From contig JBHLMP010000011.1 in the NCBI GenBank assembly GCA_048938025.1, forward strand, positions 25,277 through 80,893: a stretch of DNA of 55,617 nucleotides, written 5' to 3'. The notes under the pieces are model-generated. The model was given only the letters and a program-made list of their open reading frames with translations, did no database searches and had not been told where the DNA came from. Position 1 is the stretch's first letter. Each line of letters begins with the position of its first letter. The translations under genes and the position numbers were made by a program. Shown one piece after another: positions 27,853-38,498 of the stretch. Origin of the DNA: Promethearchaeota archaeon. Its GTDB lineage: Archaea > Asgardarchaeota > Lokiarchaeia > Sigyniarchaeales > SOKP01.

Positions 27853-29166
27853 GTGGAAGAAAATTCATTTTACATTGAAACATATGGATGCACATCAAAT
27901 AAAGCAGACTCTTATATAATTTCTAATGCCCTAAAAAAATCAAATTATACACAAACAAGCTTAGAAGATGCTCAATTTGTAATAATAAATACATGTGCCG
28001 TCAAGGAGCAGACTGAGAATAAAATTAAAGCACGTTTAAAAAATTTATACGATTTATTTTATAAGAATCCTAATAAACATATTATAATTGCTGGATGTTT
28101 ACCTTACATAGCAAATAATTATATCGAGATTATTAAGAAAATTGTTCCAAACTTTTCTGCAATTATAGATTTGGATAATATTCACGAAATTCCAAGAATA
28201 TTTCAAGAAATTAAGAAGGGAAAGAAAAATCTAATTTTTAAATCGAAACAACCGATAGATAAAGCAGAATTTTATATCGATCATGAACCAGGCAAAATTA
28301 CAGGAATTATTCCAATTTCAGAGGGGTGTTCAGGCTCATGTACTTATTGTTGTGTTAAAAACGCACGAGGGAAGTTAAATTGCTACAACCCAAAAAGAAT
28401 TGTTGAAAATATCGAATATCAATTAAATCAGGAAATTAAACAAGTATATTTGACTTCACAAGATTGTAGTACGTATAGATATAATGGAACTAACTTGCTT
28501 GATTTAGTTAGACAAATCGTTGATTTAAATTTTAAGTTTTTTCTGAGAATTGGGATGATAAATCCAAGTTTTTTAATTGAAAATATTTATCAGTTAGTTT
28601 CAATTTTTAAATTAAAAAAAGTATACCAATTTCTACACATTCCAATTCAATCCGGTAGTAATAGAATTTTAAAAATAATGCAAAGAAAATATCTCATTCC
28701 TGAGATTATCCATAAAATTGGAATTTTAAGAGACAGTTTCCCTAATTTAACTATATCAACTGATATTATCTGTGGGTTTCCAGGTGAAACTGAAGATGAT
28801 TTCGATGGATCTATTGACTTTATAAAATGGTTAAAACCAGAAATTTTGAATATCTCAAAATTTACTCCTCGTCCTGGAACAAAAGCGAAAGATATGAAGC
28901 AGTTAGATAGTAAAATAATAAAAGAAAGATCCATGAGATTGACAAGAGTCTTCCGTAACAGCTTGGTTGATATGAATAAAAAATGGAAAGATTGGAAGGG
29001 AGAGGTTTTGGTTTTACATGAGGGTACAGAACGAAATCAAGCTTTTGGAAGAAACCTCGCTTACAAAAATATATTTATAAATAATTATAATAGCGATTTT
29101 GGCATATTTGTTAAAGTTAAAATAGAAAAAGTTGATGGGTTTAATCTATTTGGAAAACTTATTTAA
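27853..29166 (+). CDS. mtaB: tRNA t6A37 methylthiotransferase (archaeal/eukaryotic MtaB type)
   Basis: TYGC..N, NTCAVK, AGC, GCSGSCTYC radical SAM motif, HIPIQSGS, FTPRPGT, TRAM-like end. Confidence 0.85.
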   Translation: MEENSFYIETYGCTSNKADSYIISNALKKSNYTQTSLEDAQFVIINTCAVKEQTENKIKARLKNLYDLFYKNPNKHIIIAGCLPYIANNYIEIIKKIVPNFSAIIDLDNIHEIPRIFQEIKKGKKNLIFKSKQPIDKAEFYIDHEPGKITGIIPISEGCSGSCTYCCVKNARGKLNCYNPKRIVENIEYQLNQEIKQVYLTSQDCSTYRYNGTNLLDLVRQIVDLNFKFFLRIGMINPSFLIENIYQLVSIFKLKKVYQFLHIPIQSGSNRILKIMQRKYLIPEIIHKIGILRDSFPNLTISTDIICGFPGETEDDFDGSIDFIKWLKPEILNISKFTPRPGTKAKDMKQLDSKIIKERSMRLTRVFRNSLVDMNKKWKDWKGEVLVLHEGTERNQAFGRNLAYKNIFINNYNSDFGIFVKVKIEKVDGFNLFGKLI

Positions 29167-29240
29167 TAAAAAAATATGGTGTTATAAGTAGATAATTATT
29201 CCTTATCACCAGTAAATATAGAATCTATTTGATAAATCTT

Positions 29241-30413
29241 ATGTCTAAAAAATTATTTTGGGAGAATGCATATGATACTAAATTTAGCTCTAAGATAGTA
29301 TCAATCAAAGAAAAGGGTATTACATTTGACAAAACTTTGTTTTATCCTGAAAGTGGAAATCAGTTAAGTGACCATGGATATTTGAAAATTAATGATCATA
29401 GATTTAAAGTTGAAAAAGTGACTAAGGAGGGAGTTGATATATTACATCATATTTCTCCTGATTTTAAAAAGAAAATTAATATTGGAGATAAAGTTGATGG
29501 AGAAATTGATTGGGAATTTCGATATGGTTTGATGAAAGCTCATTCTTCTCAACACATTTTATCTGCAATAATTAAGAATAAATACGATATTGATACTGTC
29601 CGTGCTAATCTTAATTTTGAAGACGTTAATTTACAATTATCTCAAGAGATAAGTTATGAACAATTAAAAGAAGTATTACTGGATGTAAATACAATTTGTA
29701 CTTCAAATAACCTTAAAATCAATTCGAAAGTAGTTCCATATGAAGATGCTGAAAAAAGATCTGAAGAAATTAGAAGTATAATTCCTAATGAATCTCAGGT
29801 TCGATTAGTGGAAATTGAAGGGTTGGATTTAGTTTGTTGTGGAGGAACTCATGTTAAGAATACGTCTGAAATTGGAGAAATCTTTATTTATGATTTTAGA
29901 AAAGGAACTGGGATAAAATATTATGTAGGAAATAAAGCTTTACAGGCGAATTCGATTAATAACATTGATATGATTAACTTAAGCAATCAATTAAATACTC
30001 CAATTAGAAATCTTAAAAAAATAATTGAAAAACGTTTAGAAAACATCGAATACTTTCGAGAGCATTTAAAAAAATTATCAACTAAATTACTAGAGTTGAT
30101 TTCAAAAACACCTTTAAAAATTATTAACAAGATCTCACTTTTTTATATTGATTTTGATATTGACATAAAACTTCTTAGTAGTATGTTAAATCTATTTCCA
30201 CAAGATTCAATCATTATCGTAAGGATAGAATCCAATAAATTAAGAATTCTATCTACAAGTGAAAAAATAGATGCTAATGAAATCTTGAAAAAATTAATTA
30301 AGGTGTATGGTGGAAAAGGAGGAGGTAATAATAAATCAGCTCAAGCTTTTTTAGAAAAAATTCCGAAAGATCTCTTATCTAAGTTAGAATCAATTATCTC
30401 AAATTCTATTTAA
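29241..30413 (+). CDS. alaX: Alanyl-tRNA editing protein (AlaX-L type, with DHHA1 domain)
   Basis: FYPESGNQLSD, HSSQH, CGGTH, GGKGGG; start probably ATG 29241. Confidence 0.88.
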   Translation: MSKKLFWENAYDTKFSSKIVSIKEKGITFDKTLFYPESGNQLSDHGYLKINDHRFKVEKVTKEGVDILHHISPDFKKKINIGDKVDGEIDWEFRYGLMKAHSSQHILSAIIKNKYDIDTVRANLNFEDVNLQLSQEISYEQLKEVLLDVNTICTSNNLKINSKVVPYEDAEKRSEEIRSIIPNESQVRLVEIEGLDLVCCGGTHVKNTSEIGEIFIYDFRKGTGIKYYVGNKALQANSINNIDMINLSNQLNTPIRNLKKIIEKRLENIEYFREHLKKLSTKLLELISKTPLKIINKISLFYIDFDIDIKLLSSMLNLFPQDSIIIVRIESNKLRILSTSEKIDANEILKKLIKVYGGKGGGNNKSAQAFLEKIPKDLLSKLESIISNSI

Positions 30414-30467
30414 AGATATAATTTATTTTATTTGTTAAAAAAATTGAATATTATATTTTAATCATGC

Positions 30468-31355
30468 CTACTTTATGTTATATTTTTCTAACAATGCTGT
30501 TAATCTAGACCTATGGAACTTTAATCCGAGTTCATCTGGATTTTCTCCAAATGCTAAAGCCATTAATTCAGTTAGATATAAGATGGGAATATCAAAGGTT
30601 TTATTTGACTGAGTTCCCGCTTTCTTTTGATTCGTATCCATTTGTTGAAAGCAAGCAGGGCAAATAACTACAAATGCTTCTGCTCCAGCATCAAGAGCAC
30701 TAGTGAATTTATTAGCTAAGACTTGCATCGATGGTTCTTCTTCCATGTTTCCTACTCCTGCCCCACAACAAAGCATTTCCTCAGTATATTCTACTGGAGT
30801 TGCCCCTGTGGCAGCAACTAACTCTCTTAACTTTACTGGTTCCATAGGATCATCAGTTTGCATAATTTCAGAAGGTCTATTATAGTGGCATCCTGTATGA
30901 CATGCTATTTTTAATCCTGATAAATCACGAACGATATTTTTCTTGATTTTTTCATCTCCTACCTCATGTAAAACTTCGACAAAATGTTTAACATTGATAG
31001 TTCCTTTAAATTCCCGACCAACTGTTTTTAAAATTTTATTTATCTTTCCTTTTTCGTGATCATCATGAGTTAATTCATGATTTACCGCTTTTAGTGTTTG
31101 AAAGCAACCATTACATAAAGATACTATACTTTTTCCTTCTTCTTCAGCTATAGTAAGATTGCGTGCCCCCATTGCTAACCAACTAGTATGATCAACAGCA
31201 TTAAATCCAACTGGATCTGGACAACAAGCAAATGGAGCATCAGATGTCTTTATTCCTAATTTATCAAATACTTTTCTTGCTGAAGCTTCTATAAAAGGAA
31301 TCCGGTTTCCAATTGTGCACCCTTGGAACATCTTATATTCTTCTGCTTTTGCCAT
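30468..31355 (-). CDS. hdrB: Heterodisulfide reductase subunit B
   Basis: FQGC, CCPDP, CNGCF, HTGCHYNRP, CCGAG, CPACFQQMD. Confidence 0.9.
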   Translation of the reverse strand: MAKAEEYKMFQGCTIGNRIPFIEASARKVFDKLGIKTSDAPFACCPDPVGFNAVDHTSWLAMGARNLTIAEEEGKSIVSLCNGCFQTLKAVNHELTHDDHEKGKINKILKTVGREFKGTINVKHFVEVLHEVGDEKIKKNIVRDLSGLKIACHTGCHYNRPSEIMQTDDPMEPVKLRELVAATGATPVEYTEEMLCCGAGVGNMEEEPSMQVLANKFTSALDAGAEAFVVICPACFQQMDTNQKKAGTQSNKTFDIPILYLTELMALAFGENPDELGLKFHRSRLTALLEKYNIK

Positions 31356-31487
31356 TTTTCTCTTCCATTCTTCGTTATTAATTATTTTATTTAATATAGA
31401 GTAAATTAAAAAATTTGTTAATTCAAATATGTTTAAGTATATTTACAAAATAAAAAAGAAGAAATTATTTTTACTCTGATTTTTATA

Positions 31488-31919
31488 TTAATCTTTCTTT
31501 AATTTTATTCGTCCAATAATCGTTAATATAACACCTAAGAAACCATAACTACCATGAATAGTTTCTGATACAATTTGGTCCAGTTCCTCGAGAATTGAAC
31601 CTTCAATTATACCTGTGATTAGGAATATTAATAAACTAATCAATCCCATACCCGCCCCGATTCCAATAATAAATTTACCTAATCTATAATGGTCCATCGC
31701 TACGATTATAGAACCTATAATAACAGAAATTCCTCCTCCTAAAGCAATGTATGCTAGAATTTGAATAACAAGGGATACAATCTTAGCAACATCTTCTCCA
31801 ACGTCAGCCTCTATATAACTAAAAAGCGTTTCAAAAAATGCAACACTCCCTATAACAGAACCGATAATCATTAAAATTCCGCCAATTATACAAAGCAAAA
31901 TCCATCCAAAATTTTTCAT
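31488..31919 (-). CDS. Hypothetical membrane protein (paralog of 32834..33376)
   Basis: Gly-rich TM helices; shared HYRLGKFxIGxG. Confidence 0.75.
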   Translation of the reverse strand: MKNFGWILLCIIGGILMIIGSVIGSVAFFETLFSYIEADVGEDVAKIVSLVIQILAYIALGGGISVIIGSIIVAMDHYRLGKFIIGIGAGMGLISLLIFLITGIIEGSILEELDQIVSETIHGSYGFLGVILTIIGRIKLKKD

Positions 31920-31997
31920 AATATTTTAGACCTTTTTTTAAATTGATTATAGATTAATATTTATTTTTCTAATATTTATAAGTTCTAAGTATTTAAT

Positions 31998-32813
31998 TTA
32001 GATAATAATTCTAGAAGGGTGAGTATAAATATTCATTCTTGCTCCCCTTACAAATCCTATCAATGTAATTCCGTAAGCAAAAGCTAACCTAATACCAGAT
32101 TCTATGGCAGCAGATAGGGAGGCCACAATCGGAATCTTTGCCCGTATTGCTTTCAATACCGAATCTCCTGTTAATCTGCCTGTTGATACCAATATTAGAT
32201 TTTGAAAATTATGCTCTTTTAACAATAAATCCCCTATGACTTTATCAATTGCGTTGTGTCTACCAATATCTTCTTTAACACTTATTAAATTGCCTTTTAA
32301 ATCAAATATAGCTGCACCATGACATCCGCCAGTTTCTCGATATAATTTTGTTTTTGTATACATTTCTTTAATAGCAGAATAGATTATATCTGATTTAATT
32401 TTAAGAGTTGATTTTTCCTTAAGAGATTCTTTTACTTTATACTTCTCCAGACTGTTCTTTATAACATTTCTCCATGGAGATGAAATCCCACAGGTTGTAT
32501 CAACAACTCTACTAACAGGATTAATCTCAAGATCTTTCACTTTGAAGTCGATTGAATCATCTAATTCAATAAATACTTTTTTTTCTAACTCTTCTATATT
32601 AATAGATTTTATATCTTTAATTGAATTAATAATTCCTATAGAGTATAAAAATCCAACACTCAATTCTTTAAGATCCTTTGGCAAACAAATAATATTAACT
32701 AAAGATTCGGAGTTTACAATTAAATCTATAGGGCTTTCAATAAGAATTAAATCTTCTTCTTCACTTTTTTGGTTTTTCTTTATCCGAGTGATATTTATTT
32801 TACGCTGATACAA
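31998..32813 (-). CDS. fdhD: Formate dehydrogenase accessory sulfurtransferase
   Basis: TCG, TGGCHGAA, EDIGRHNAIDK, STGR, GITLIGFVR. Confidence 0.93.
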   Translation of the reverse strand: MYQRKINITRIKKNQKSEEEDLILIESPIDLIVNSESLVNIICLPKDLKELSVGFLYSIGIINSIKDIKSINIEELEKKVFIELDDSIDFKVKDLEINPVSRVVDTTCGISSPWRNVIKNSLEKYKVKESLKEKSTLKIKSDIIYSAIKEMYTKTKLYRETGGCHGAAIFDLKGNLISVKEDIGRHNAIDKVIGDLLLKEHNFQNLILVSTGRLTGDSVLKAIRAKIPIVASLSAAIESGIRLAFAYGITLIGFVRGARMNIYTHPSRIII

Positions 32814-32833
32814 AATTCTAACCTAATGAGGAA

Positions 32834-33376
32834 TTAATCAGGAGAATTATTATAAGATTCATCAAAAATTTCCTCCTCTACATCTAGTTCGACTTCCTTC
32901 TTTGCTTTTTTAGGTTTTTTGGGTTTCTTTATTGCCATTCGTCCTATTATGGCTACAACAACACCTGTAAATGCTAATCCTGTATTATAAGTGAATTGAT
33001 CATACAACCTATCTAAATAAGTTAATACTTCTGGATCTGTAATTAATCCTGGGAAGAGATCAACAACACGAACTATAATCCAGATTATAAGAGCTAGTGA
33101 ACCAAAAGTTAAACCAAGGCCTATAAGAAACTTCCCTAATCTATAATGATTAAATAAAATAAATATTGTTCCAACAATGATTGCATAACCCCCTGTATAT
33201 GCAATAACTCTTAATACGACTATAGTAGCTTTTAATAATGGAATAATTTCGGAAGGAACTTCAGTAGAAACATAATCATATAAAAACTCATAAACACCTA
33301 TACTACCAATTGCGGAACTAATAATCATACATATTCCGCCTAGAAATAACAATATACTTCCTGTTATATTTTTCAT
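32834..33376 (-). CDS. Hypothetical membrane protein (paralog of 31488..31919)
   Basis: GGICMIISSAIGS...HYRLGKFLIGLG; basic then acidic tail. Confidence 0.75.
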   Translation of the reverse strand: MKNITGSILLFLGGICMIISSAIGSIGVYEFLYDYVSTEVPSEIIPLLKATIVVLRVIAYTGGYAIIVGTIFILFNHYRLGKFLIGLGLTFGSLALIIWIIVRVVDLFPGLITDPEVLTYLDRLYDQFTYNTGLAFTGVVVAIIGRMAIKKPKKPKKAKKEVELDVEEEIFDESYNNSPD

Positions 33377-33432
33377 TTAACCAACACACCATCCTAAACA
33401 ATTTTTAACTAATATTATAAAAAATTATAATT

Positions 33433-34242
33433 TTATGTGGCAATATATAGTTTGCCAGTTGATTCTTTACTTACAGAATGATCTCCGCTATACTCAATAA
33501 ACTTGCCTGTGATTTTTTCTCCATTCGGTAATTCAATTTCTTTAACTTCACCTATTTTTTTAAAGGAGGGAAGTCTTCTTGTAACTTTACCTTTAATAAT
33601 AATGATGCCTCGTGCTTGGTCGGCTCCAGCACATCTGTCGCAATCACCTTCTACAACAATAGTACCACCATGATTATGAACCCCCAGAAATGCCCCTGCA
33701 CTTCCACAATATAACATTGGCCATCTATTGGTTGGTTTTGAACTTCGTGCCCAGAGCATTGATTCATTTCCTACTTTACCTTTTACCTTTATAACTCCAT
33801 TTTTCATGCCCTGCCAATTCCCTCTATACGCTGCCCCGACATAGTGACCTGCATCTCCCATTATTTCTAATTCACCACCTTGCAGCATAGCTCCTGCCCA
33901 GTCATCAGCGTTTCCATTCACTAAAATTTTTCCCCCAGTCATATTATTACCCACATGCATTCCGACATTACCGTTTATAACTATTTCACCACCACTCATT
34001 TGCTCTCCAATTCTTTTCACGTTTGATAGATCTCCATCAATAACTATAGTTATATCATTAATATTACCTGATTTTCCAGAAACACTAAAATAATCTCCTA
34101 GAACAAGATTTTCATTTCCATGATATAAAGGTAACTTTTTAATTTCGTCATGAGTCTTTCCAGCAAAATTATCTGGTGTTATATTTTCTGCTTCTAAAGG
34201 GAATTTTGGTTGCTTCTTTAATGTTAATTTTATCTCAGCCAT
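33433..34242 (-). CDS. fwdC: Formylmethanofuran dehydrogenase subunit C
   Basis: PLEAENITPD, GxxMxGG beta-helix repeats, GAAYRG. Confidence 0.93.
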   Translation of the reverse strand: MAEIKLTLKKQPKFPLEAENITPDNFAGKTHDEIKKLPLYHGNENLVLGDYFSVSGKSGNINDITIVIDGDLSNVKRIGEQMSGGEIVINGNVGMHVGNNMTGGKILVNGNADDWAGAMLQGGELEIMGDAGHYVGAAYRGNWQGMKNGVIKVKGKVGNESMLWARSSKPTNRWPMLYCGSAGAFLGVHNHGGTIVVEGDCDRCAGADQARGIIIIKGKVTRRLPSFKKIGEVKEIELPNGEKITGKFIEYSGDHSVSKESTGKLYIAT

Positions 34243-34245
34243 TAC

Positions 34246-35574
34246 TTAGTCTCCTTTTTTTTCCTTTACTTTCTCAATTAATTTTTCCAATATCTCTTTA
34301 TCAGATAAACACTCTCCAGGAGCATCTTTCACTTTTCTTAATCTTATGGGGACTTTATCCATGCGGTAAGCAGTTCCTTCACATTCAATTCCTGCAATCG
34401 CAGCTGGGAAATTAATATCAGCATTCGCAGAAGTTGGTGTTTCGTGGGGCTCAATAGAAATTAAAGGATGCTTAAATAAATTTTTAACGGAAGCAGCAGG
34501 AAAATTACTAGCAGGATCGGATGCTACTATTAAGGAAGCATCAACTTCGTCTCTCATTAAAAGATCTACTGATGAAAATTCTCCTGGATTATATCGAGGA
34601 TAACCTTTTGAGAAATCAATAGAATAAGCATAACCCGTATTCCAAGCAAAAACAGTATTCGCTCCAGTTACATTATAATGGCCTCGCATAGGCATTAGTA
34701 AAAATTTAGTATGATCATTTAGTTCTCTAACCAAGGAAATGGCAGCATCTATGTTCCTATGGTGAGCTAATGAGTGAGTTAATCCCATACCGAAAAATAT
34801 AACTCCAAAGTTACATGTTTTTAAAGTTTTGACTAATTCTTTGATCTTTTCCATTGGAACACCTGAGATTTCCTTTTCATCTAATTCTACTCCTCTTACC
34901 ATTGCTCTAATAGCATTTAATAATTCGTAATCTTCGCTAGGTTTAATTTGGAGATATAGATTTGCTATTTGGGCAGTGTGAGTGTTCCTTGGATCAACAA
35001 CAACAATAAATCTGTCATTTCTACCATCTTTTCTAAAATACCCCCTTACAAACTCGCTATATCTTCCAAGATGACGTGGATGAGCATGAACTGGATTAGA
35101 TCCCCAAAAGATCACAAGATCTGCCCTATTTTTAAATTCACCCAGAGTTGCCATGGGAGCTCCAACATCTTGGATTGCTAATAAACTAGGGCCATGACAA
35201 ACCGAAGCTGTGTTATCTAAAATCCCACCTAACAATTCTGCTAGCTCGACACCCTTACTTTGAGCTTCGCATTCTGTGCTAGAAAAACCATAAAGTAAGG
35301 GTCTTTTGGCATTAATTAAAATTTCTGCGGCTTTATTAAATGCTTCATCCCAAGATACTTCTTTAAATGAATCATTGTCTCTGATTCGAGGTTTATTATA
35401 TCTATGACCACTTGGATTTGATGAAAAGAATTTTTTTGTGCCAATTTGACAACCATTCCTTACTTCCACAATCGTGTCTTCTTTACTATCTATATCAACT
35501 TCTAAATCATCGCATAAAGTTCCGCAAAAGGGACAGACAACATCTAAAACAGTCCTAAGTTTCCTTTCCACCAT
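34246..35574 (-). CDS. fwdB: Formylmethanofuran dehydrogenase subunit B (Cys form)
   Basis: CPFCGTLCDD, VCHGPS, KNRAD, HAHPRH, MRGHYNV, AYRMD. Confidence 0.95.
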   Translation of the reverse strand: MVERKLRTVLDVVCPFCGTLCDDLEVDIDSKEDTIVEVRNGCQIGTKKFFSSNPSGHRYNKPRIRDNDSFKEVSWDEAFNKAAEILINAKRPLLYGFSSTECEAQSKGVELAELLGGILDNTASVCHGPSLLAIQDVGAPMATLGEFKNRADLVIFWGSNPVHAHPRHLGRYSEFVRGYFRKDGRNDRFIVVVDPRNTHTAQIANLYLQIKPSEDYELLNAIRAMVRGVELDEKEISGVPMEKIKELVKTLKTCNFGVIFFGMGLTHSLAHHRNIDAAISLVRELNDHTKFLLMPMRGHYNVTGANTVFAWNTGYAYSIDFSKGYPRYNPGEFSSVDLLMRDEVDASLIVASDPASNFPAASVKNLFKHPLISIEPHETPTSANADINFPAAIAGIECEGTAYRMDKVPIRLRKVKDAPGECLSDKEILEKLIEKVKEKKGD

Positions 35575-35576
35575 TA

Positions 35577-35972
35577 TTATGCCACCTTTAACATTTTAAT
35601 TAAATCAAGAGCATCTAAAACCTTACCATTTTTAACTACTTCTACTTTTGCTTTCATACCTTTGTAGGTTGGGGTACCACATGATTGTGTATCGGGATTT
35701 ACAACTTGGTTAGCCCAAGGTCCTAGAGGTATAAATATTATACCTGGATGGGGTCCTTCTTCAGTAATAGTAGAATAGACCATAACTTCTCCATAATCAG
35801 TAATAACTTTAACAGGAGTTCCTACAAGACAGTCTAATTTCTTAAAATCTTCTTTATCGAATGTGCAGATTGCAGCTGCTCTTACACTTTCCTTAGTTGT
35901 TTTACCACCTTCGAGTGCAACTCCCTGATTAATTGTTCTTCCAGTCAGTAAAATCAAGTTGTTTAAACTCAT
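35577..35972 (-). CDS. fwdD: Formylmethanofuran dehydrogenase subunit D
   Basis: LLTGRTINQG, FIPLGPWAN, GTPTYKG; start MSLNN at 35972 overlaps fwdF stop (ATGA). Confidence 0.92.
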   Translation of the reverse strand: MSLNNLILLTGRTINQGVALEGGKTTKESVRAAAICTFDKEDFKKLDCLVGTPVKVITDYGEVMVYSTITEEGPHPGIIFIPLGPWANQVVNPDTQSCGTPTYKGMKAKVEVVKNGKVLDALDLIKMLKVA

Positions 35973-36694
35973 TTTTCTTTCTCCTCTTTTTCTCTCTCTC
36001 TTAAAGTCTTTAATCTTACTAATAAAGGTTTCCAAAACATTTCACTAAATTCTCCAGAGGTTTTAACATCTGTTATTTCTAACTTGACTGCACCTGTTGG
36101 ACATCCATTATCACAAGCTCCACAAAATACGCATTTTTCCTCATCTACAACTACATTTGGGACTGTTTCCCACCCTTTATCAGATTTTTCTGGGACTGAA
36201 ATTGCACCAGAGGGGCAAACTTCATAACATGTCTGGCATCCACCAGGACATTCCTCATCAACAATTCTTATTTTACCATCATTATATTGTTTAGCAATCC
36301 TCTTGATCCCTTTATAGTTCTCGATCTTTTTCGCTTCAAATTCAAGTTTAGGCACTACTTTTTCCTTTACAATTTGGATGTCTTCTAACTCAACTACTTC
36401 ACCATCTTTTTTCAAGGTAAGAGCACTAAAAGGGCACATATAGACACAAGTTCCACAAAATACGCACTTTTTGGGATCATATACTTCTGGTATAATATCT
36501 TCTTGCGTAGGAAATCTGCGTGAAGTTCCTACAGGTCCTCTTGAAATTGCTTCTTTAGGACAAACACGGGCGCAAGTTCCGCATCCCACACATTTAGTTC
36601 TGTCTAAAATTAATTCTAAACTTTCTGTTAAGAATTGTACTTTTACATGTTCTGTTTCTTTACTAATTGTTCTTGATATTTTTGGAAATGACAT
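35969..36694 (-). CDS. fwdF: Polyferredoxin, FwdF-like
   Basis: Four CxxCxxCxxxCP-type motifs within the fwd cluster; start probably MSFPK at 36694. Confidence 0.8.
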   Translation of the reverse strand: MSFPKISRTISKETEHVKVQFLTESLELILDRTKCVGCGTCARVCPKEAISRGPVGTSRRFPTQEDIIPEVYDPKKCVFCGTCVYMCPFSALTLKKDGEVVELEDIQIVKEKVVPKLEFEAKKIENYKGIKRIAKQYNDGKIRIVDEECPGGCQTCYEVCPSGAISVPEKSDKGWETVPNVVVDEEKCVFCGACDNGCPTGAVKLEITDVKTSGEFSEMFWKPLLVRLKTLREREKEEKEK

Positions 36695-36704
36695 ATTTTT
36701 TACC

Positions 36705-36962
36705 TCATGTACTTTCAACTAAATGTAATTCAATAGCAGAAACTGGACAAAATTTAACACAAACACCACATCCATCACAATTAACATCTCTCCCCTCGAC
36801 ATAGATGTCATATGCCATTCCATTTTTGACTAGAACTACCGCATTTTCTGCAGTTAAATAACCTTTTTCCTTTAATTGCTGAAAGTTGAGAGGACAACTG
36901 ACTACACAGTCATTACAGCCAATACAGATGTTTTTATTAATTTTCAGTCTGTATATTTGCAT
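36705..36962 (-). CDS. fwdG: 2[4Fe-4S] ferredoxin, FwdG-like
   Basis: CIGCNDCVVSCPLN...CDGCGVCVKFCPVSAI, 85 aa, first gene of the fwd cluster. Confidence 0.75.
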   Translation of the reverse strand: MQIYRLKINKNICIGCNDCVVSCPLNFQQLKEKGYLTAENAVVLVKNGMAYDIYVEGRDVNCDGCGVCVKFCPVSAIELHLVEST

Positions 36963-37223
36963 TTTTTTCCCTCATTGTTGAATGAAACGGTGAAAAGCAT
37001 TTAAAATAGCGTAGAACATTTGAAGATTTATAGACGTTTTATAATATCCGTCAATATATTAAATTTTATATTTAACTTAAATTGTAGAAAGTATATTTTT
37101 TTAAAAAATTTGTTATAGGAATTAGTAAGTCATAAATTAATATAAAATTCTAAACTTAATTGTTAAATTTAAAATAAACATTTTAACTTGAAATAAAAAA
37201 GCAGAAAAATTGAGTTTAACAAC

Positions 37224-37739
37224 TTAATCGTCATTAGAACCAATAGGCTCCGAATAAGGGAGATTTTTTATTTCCATTGAAGTTCCGGTAGCTTTAATTA
37301 GTTTTCTGAAATCAGATCCAGGGATTTGTAAAGTTTCAGTATTAATATTTGGATGACAACAGATGATTTCTGCATTCCATACATTCTTATCAACCATGAA
37401 AATGACCTTATTATCAATATCATTTACTAACCCAATAGGCGAAACAGCACCAGCAGTAATACCTAATATCTCAGTCAGATCTTCAGGTCCAGCAAAACGA
37501 ACTTTTGGAGCATTGATCAATTTACGAAATTTGTTTAAATCTAATCGCTTTTCATGAGGTATGGTAACTAAATAGAGTTGTCCAGTTTTCTTATTTTTAA
37601 GAAATAAATTTTTACAATGAGTTCCCGAGATGTGTCCACAATGTATTCTTGCTTCTGGCACAGTAAACACCGCCGGATGAGTGTGTAGGACGTATTGAAT
37701 ATTATTCTCTTCTAACCATCGCTTTAATGAATCTTCCAT
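37224..37739 (-). CDS. proX: Prolyl-tRNA editing protein (YbaK/ProX family)
   Basis: HPAVFT, HCKNLFLK, GAVSPIG, HPNINT. Confidence 0.9.
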   Translation of the reverse strand: MEDSLKRWLEENNIQYVLHTHPAVFTVPEARIHCGHISGTHCKNLFLKNKKTGQLYLVTIPHEKRLDLNKFRKLINAPKVRFAGPEDLTEILGITAGAVSPIGLVNDIDNKVIFMVDKNVWNAEIICCHPNINTETLQIPGSDFRKLIKATGTSMEIKNLPYSEPIGSNDD

Positions 37740-37801
37740 TTTTCTTCCATTTAAATAAAAACATATCTGTGTTATAAGGTTTAACTATCGTTTAAAATTG
37801 C

Positions 37802-38455
37802 TTATAGGTCAATTTCTAATATTCCTTCATAATTAGATAATGAGATTATCTTATGCTGATCAATATAAGTACTAAACCCATTATTTTTGTCGCTAACTAA
37901 ACTACTTACTAAAACAGGAATTTTTCTTTTCTTTACAAATTTTTTAAGCATACTTAACATTCTTGGATAATTTTCCTCTGAGAAATGATAAATCCATATA
38001 AAAAAATCAATTTTTTCAGAAGGGATAGTATCAGCATATTTAAAATCCATGCAGATCATTATTTTAAATTTTTTACCAATTAAATCAAATATTTCATGCT
38101 TTTCACCAGGTAATATCCCGTTATTCTTTTCTGAATCGTCAGGATATACTTTTATCTGATATTTATTTATTGGTATGAGTTCACAAATATTATATAATCT
38201 ATTCTCAATTTTTTTTAATGAATTAATTAAGAGGATTTTATTATTTGGTATTTTTAACTTTTTTTTAGCTTTCTCAGATTTTTCCGCCCAATCTTGGACA
38301 TTGGCTTTATTATCAAGAACTAATGAGCCTGTTAAAGCATATTCAGCCAGAATCAACAAATCTCCTTTACTGGTATTAATTAATTGTTGAATTATTTTTA
38401 AGTTATAATCAATATTCCCACGGATAATTTTTGGCTGTAATAATGATATTCTCAT
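37802..38455 (-). CDS. Short carbon-nitrogen hydrolase family protein
   Basis: DLLILAEY, QIK, MICMDF triad-like motifs. Confidence 0.75.
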   Translation of the reverse strand: MRISLLQPKIIRGNIDYNLKIIQQLINTSKGDLLILAEYALTGSLVLDNKANVQDWAEKSEKAKKKLKIPNNKILLINSLKKIENRLYNICELIPINKYQIKVYPDDSEKNNGILPGEKHEIFDLIGKKFKIMICMDFKYADTIPSEKIDFFIWIYHFSEENYPRMLSMLKKFVKKRKIPVLVSSLVSDKNNGFSTYIDQHKIISLSNYEGILEIDL

Positions 38456-38498
38456 TTTGATTCCTTAAAAATGAATAATTAAAACCTTTAATTAGAAC

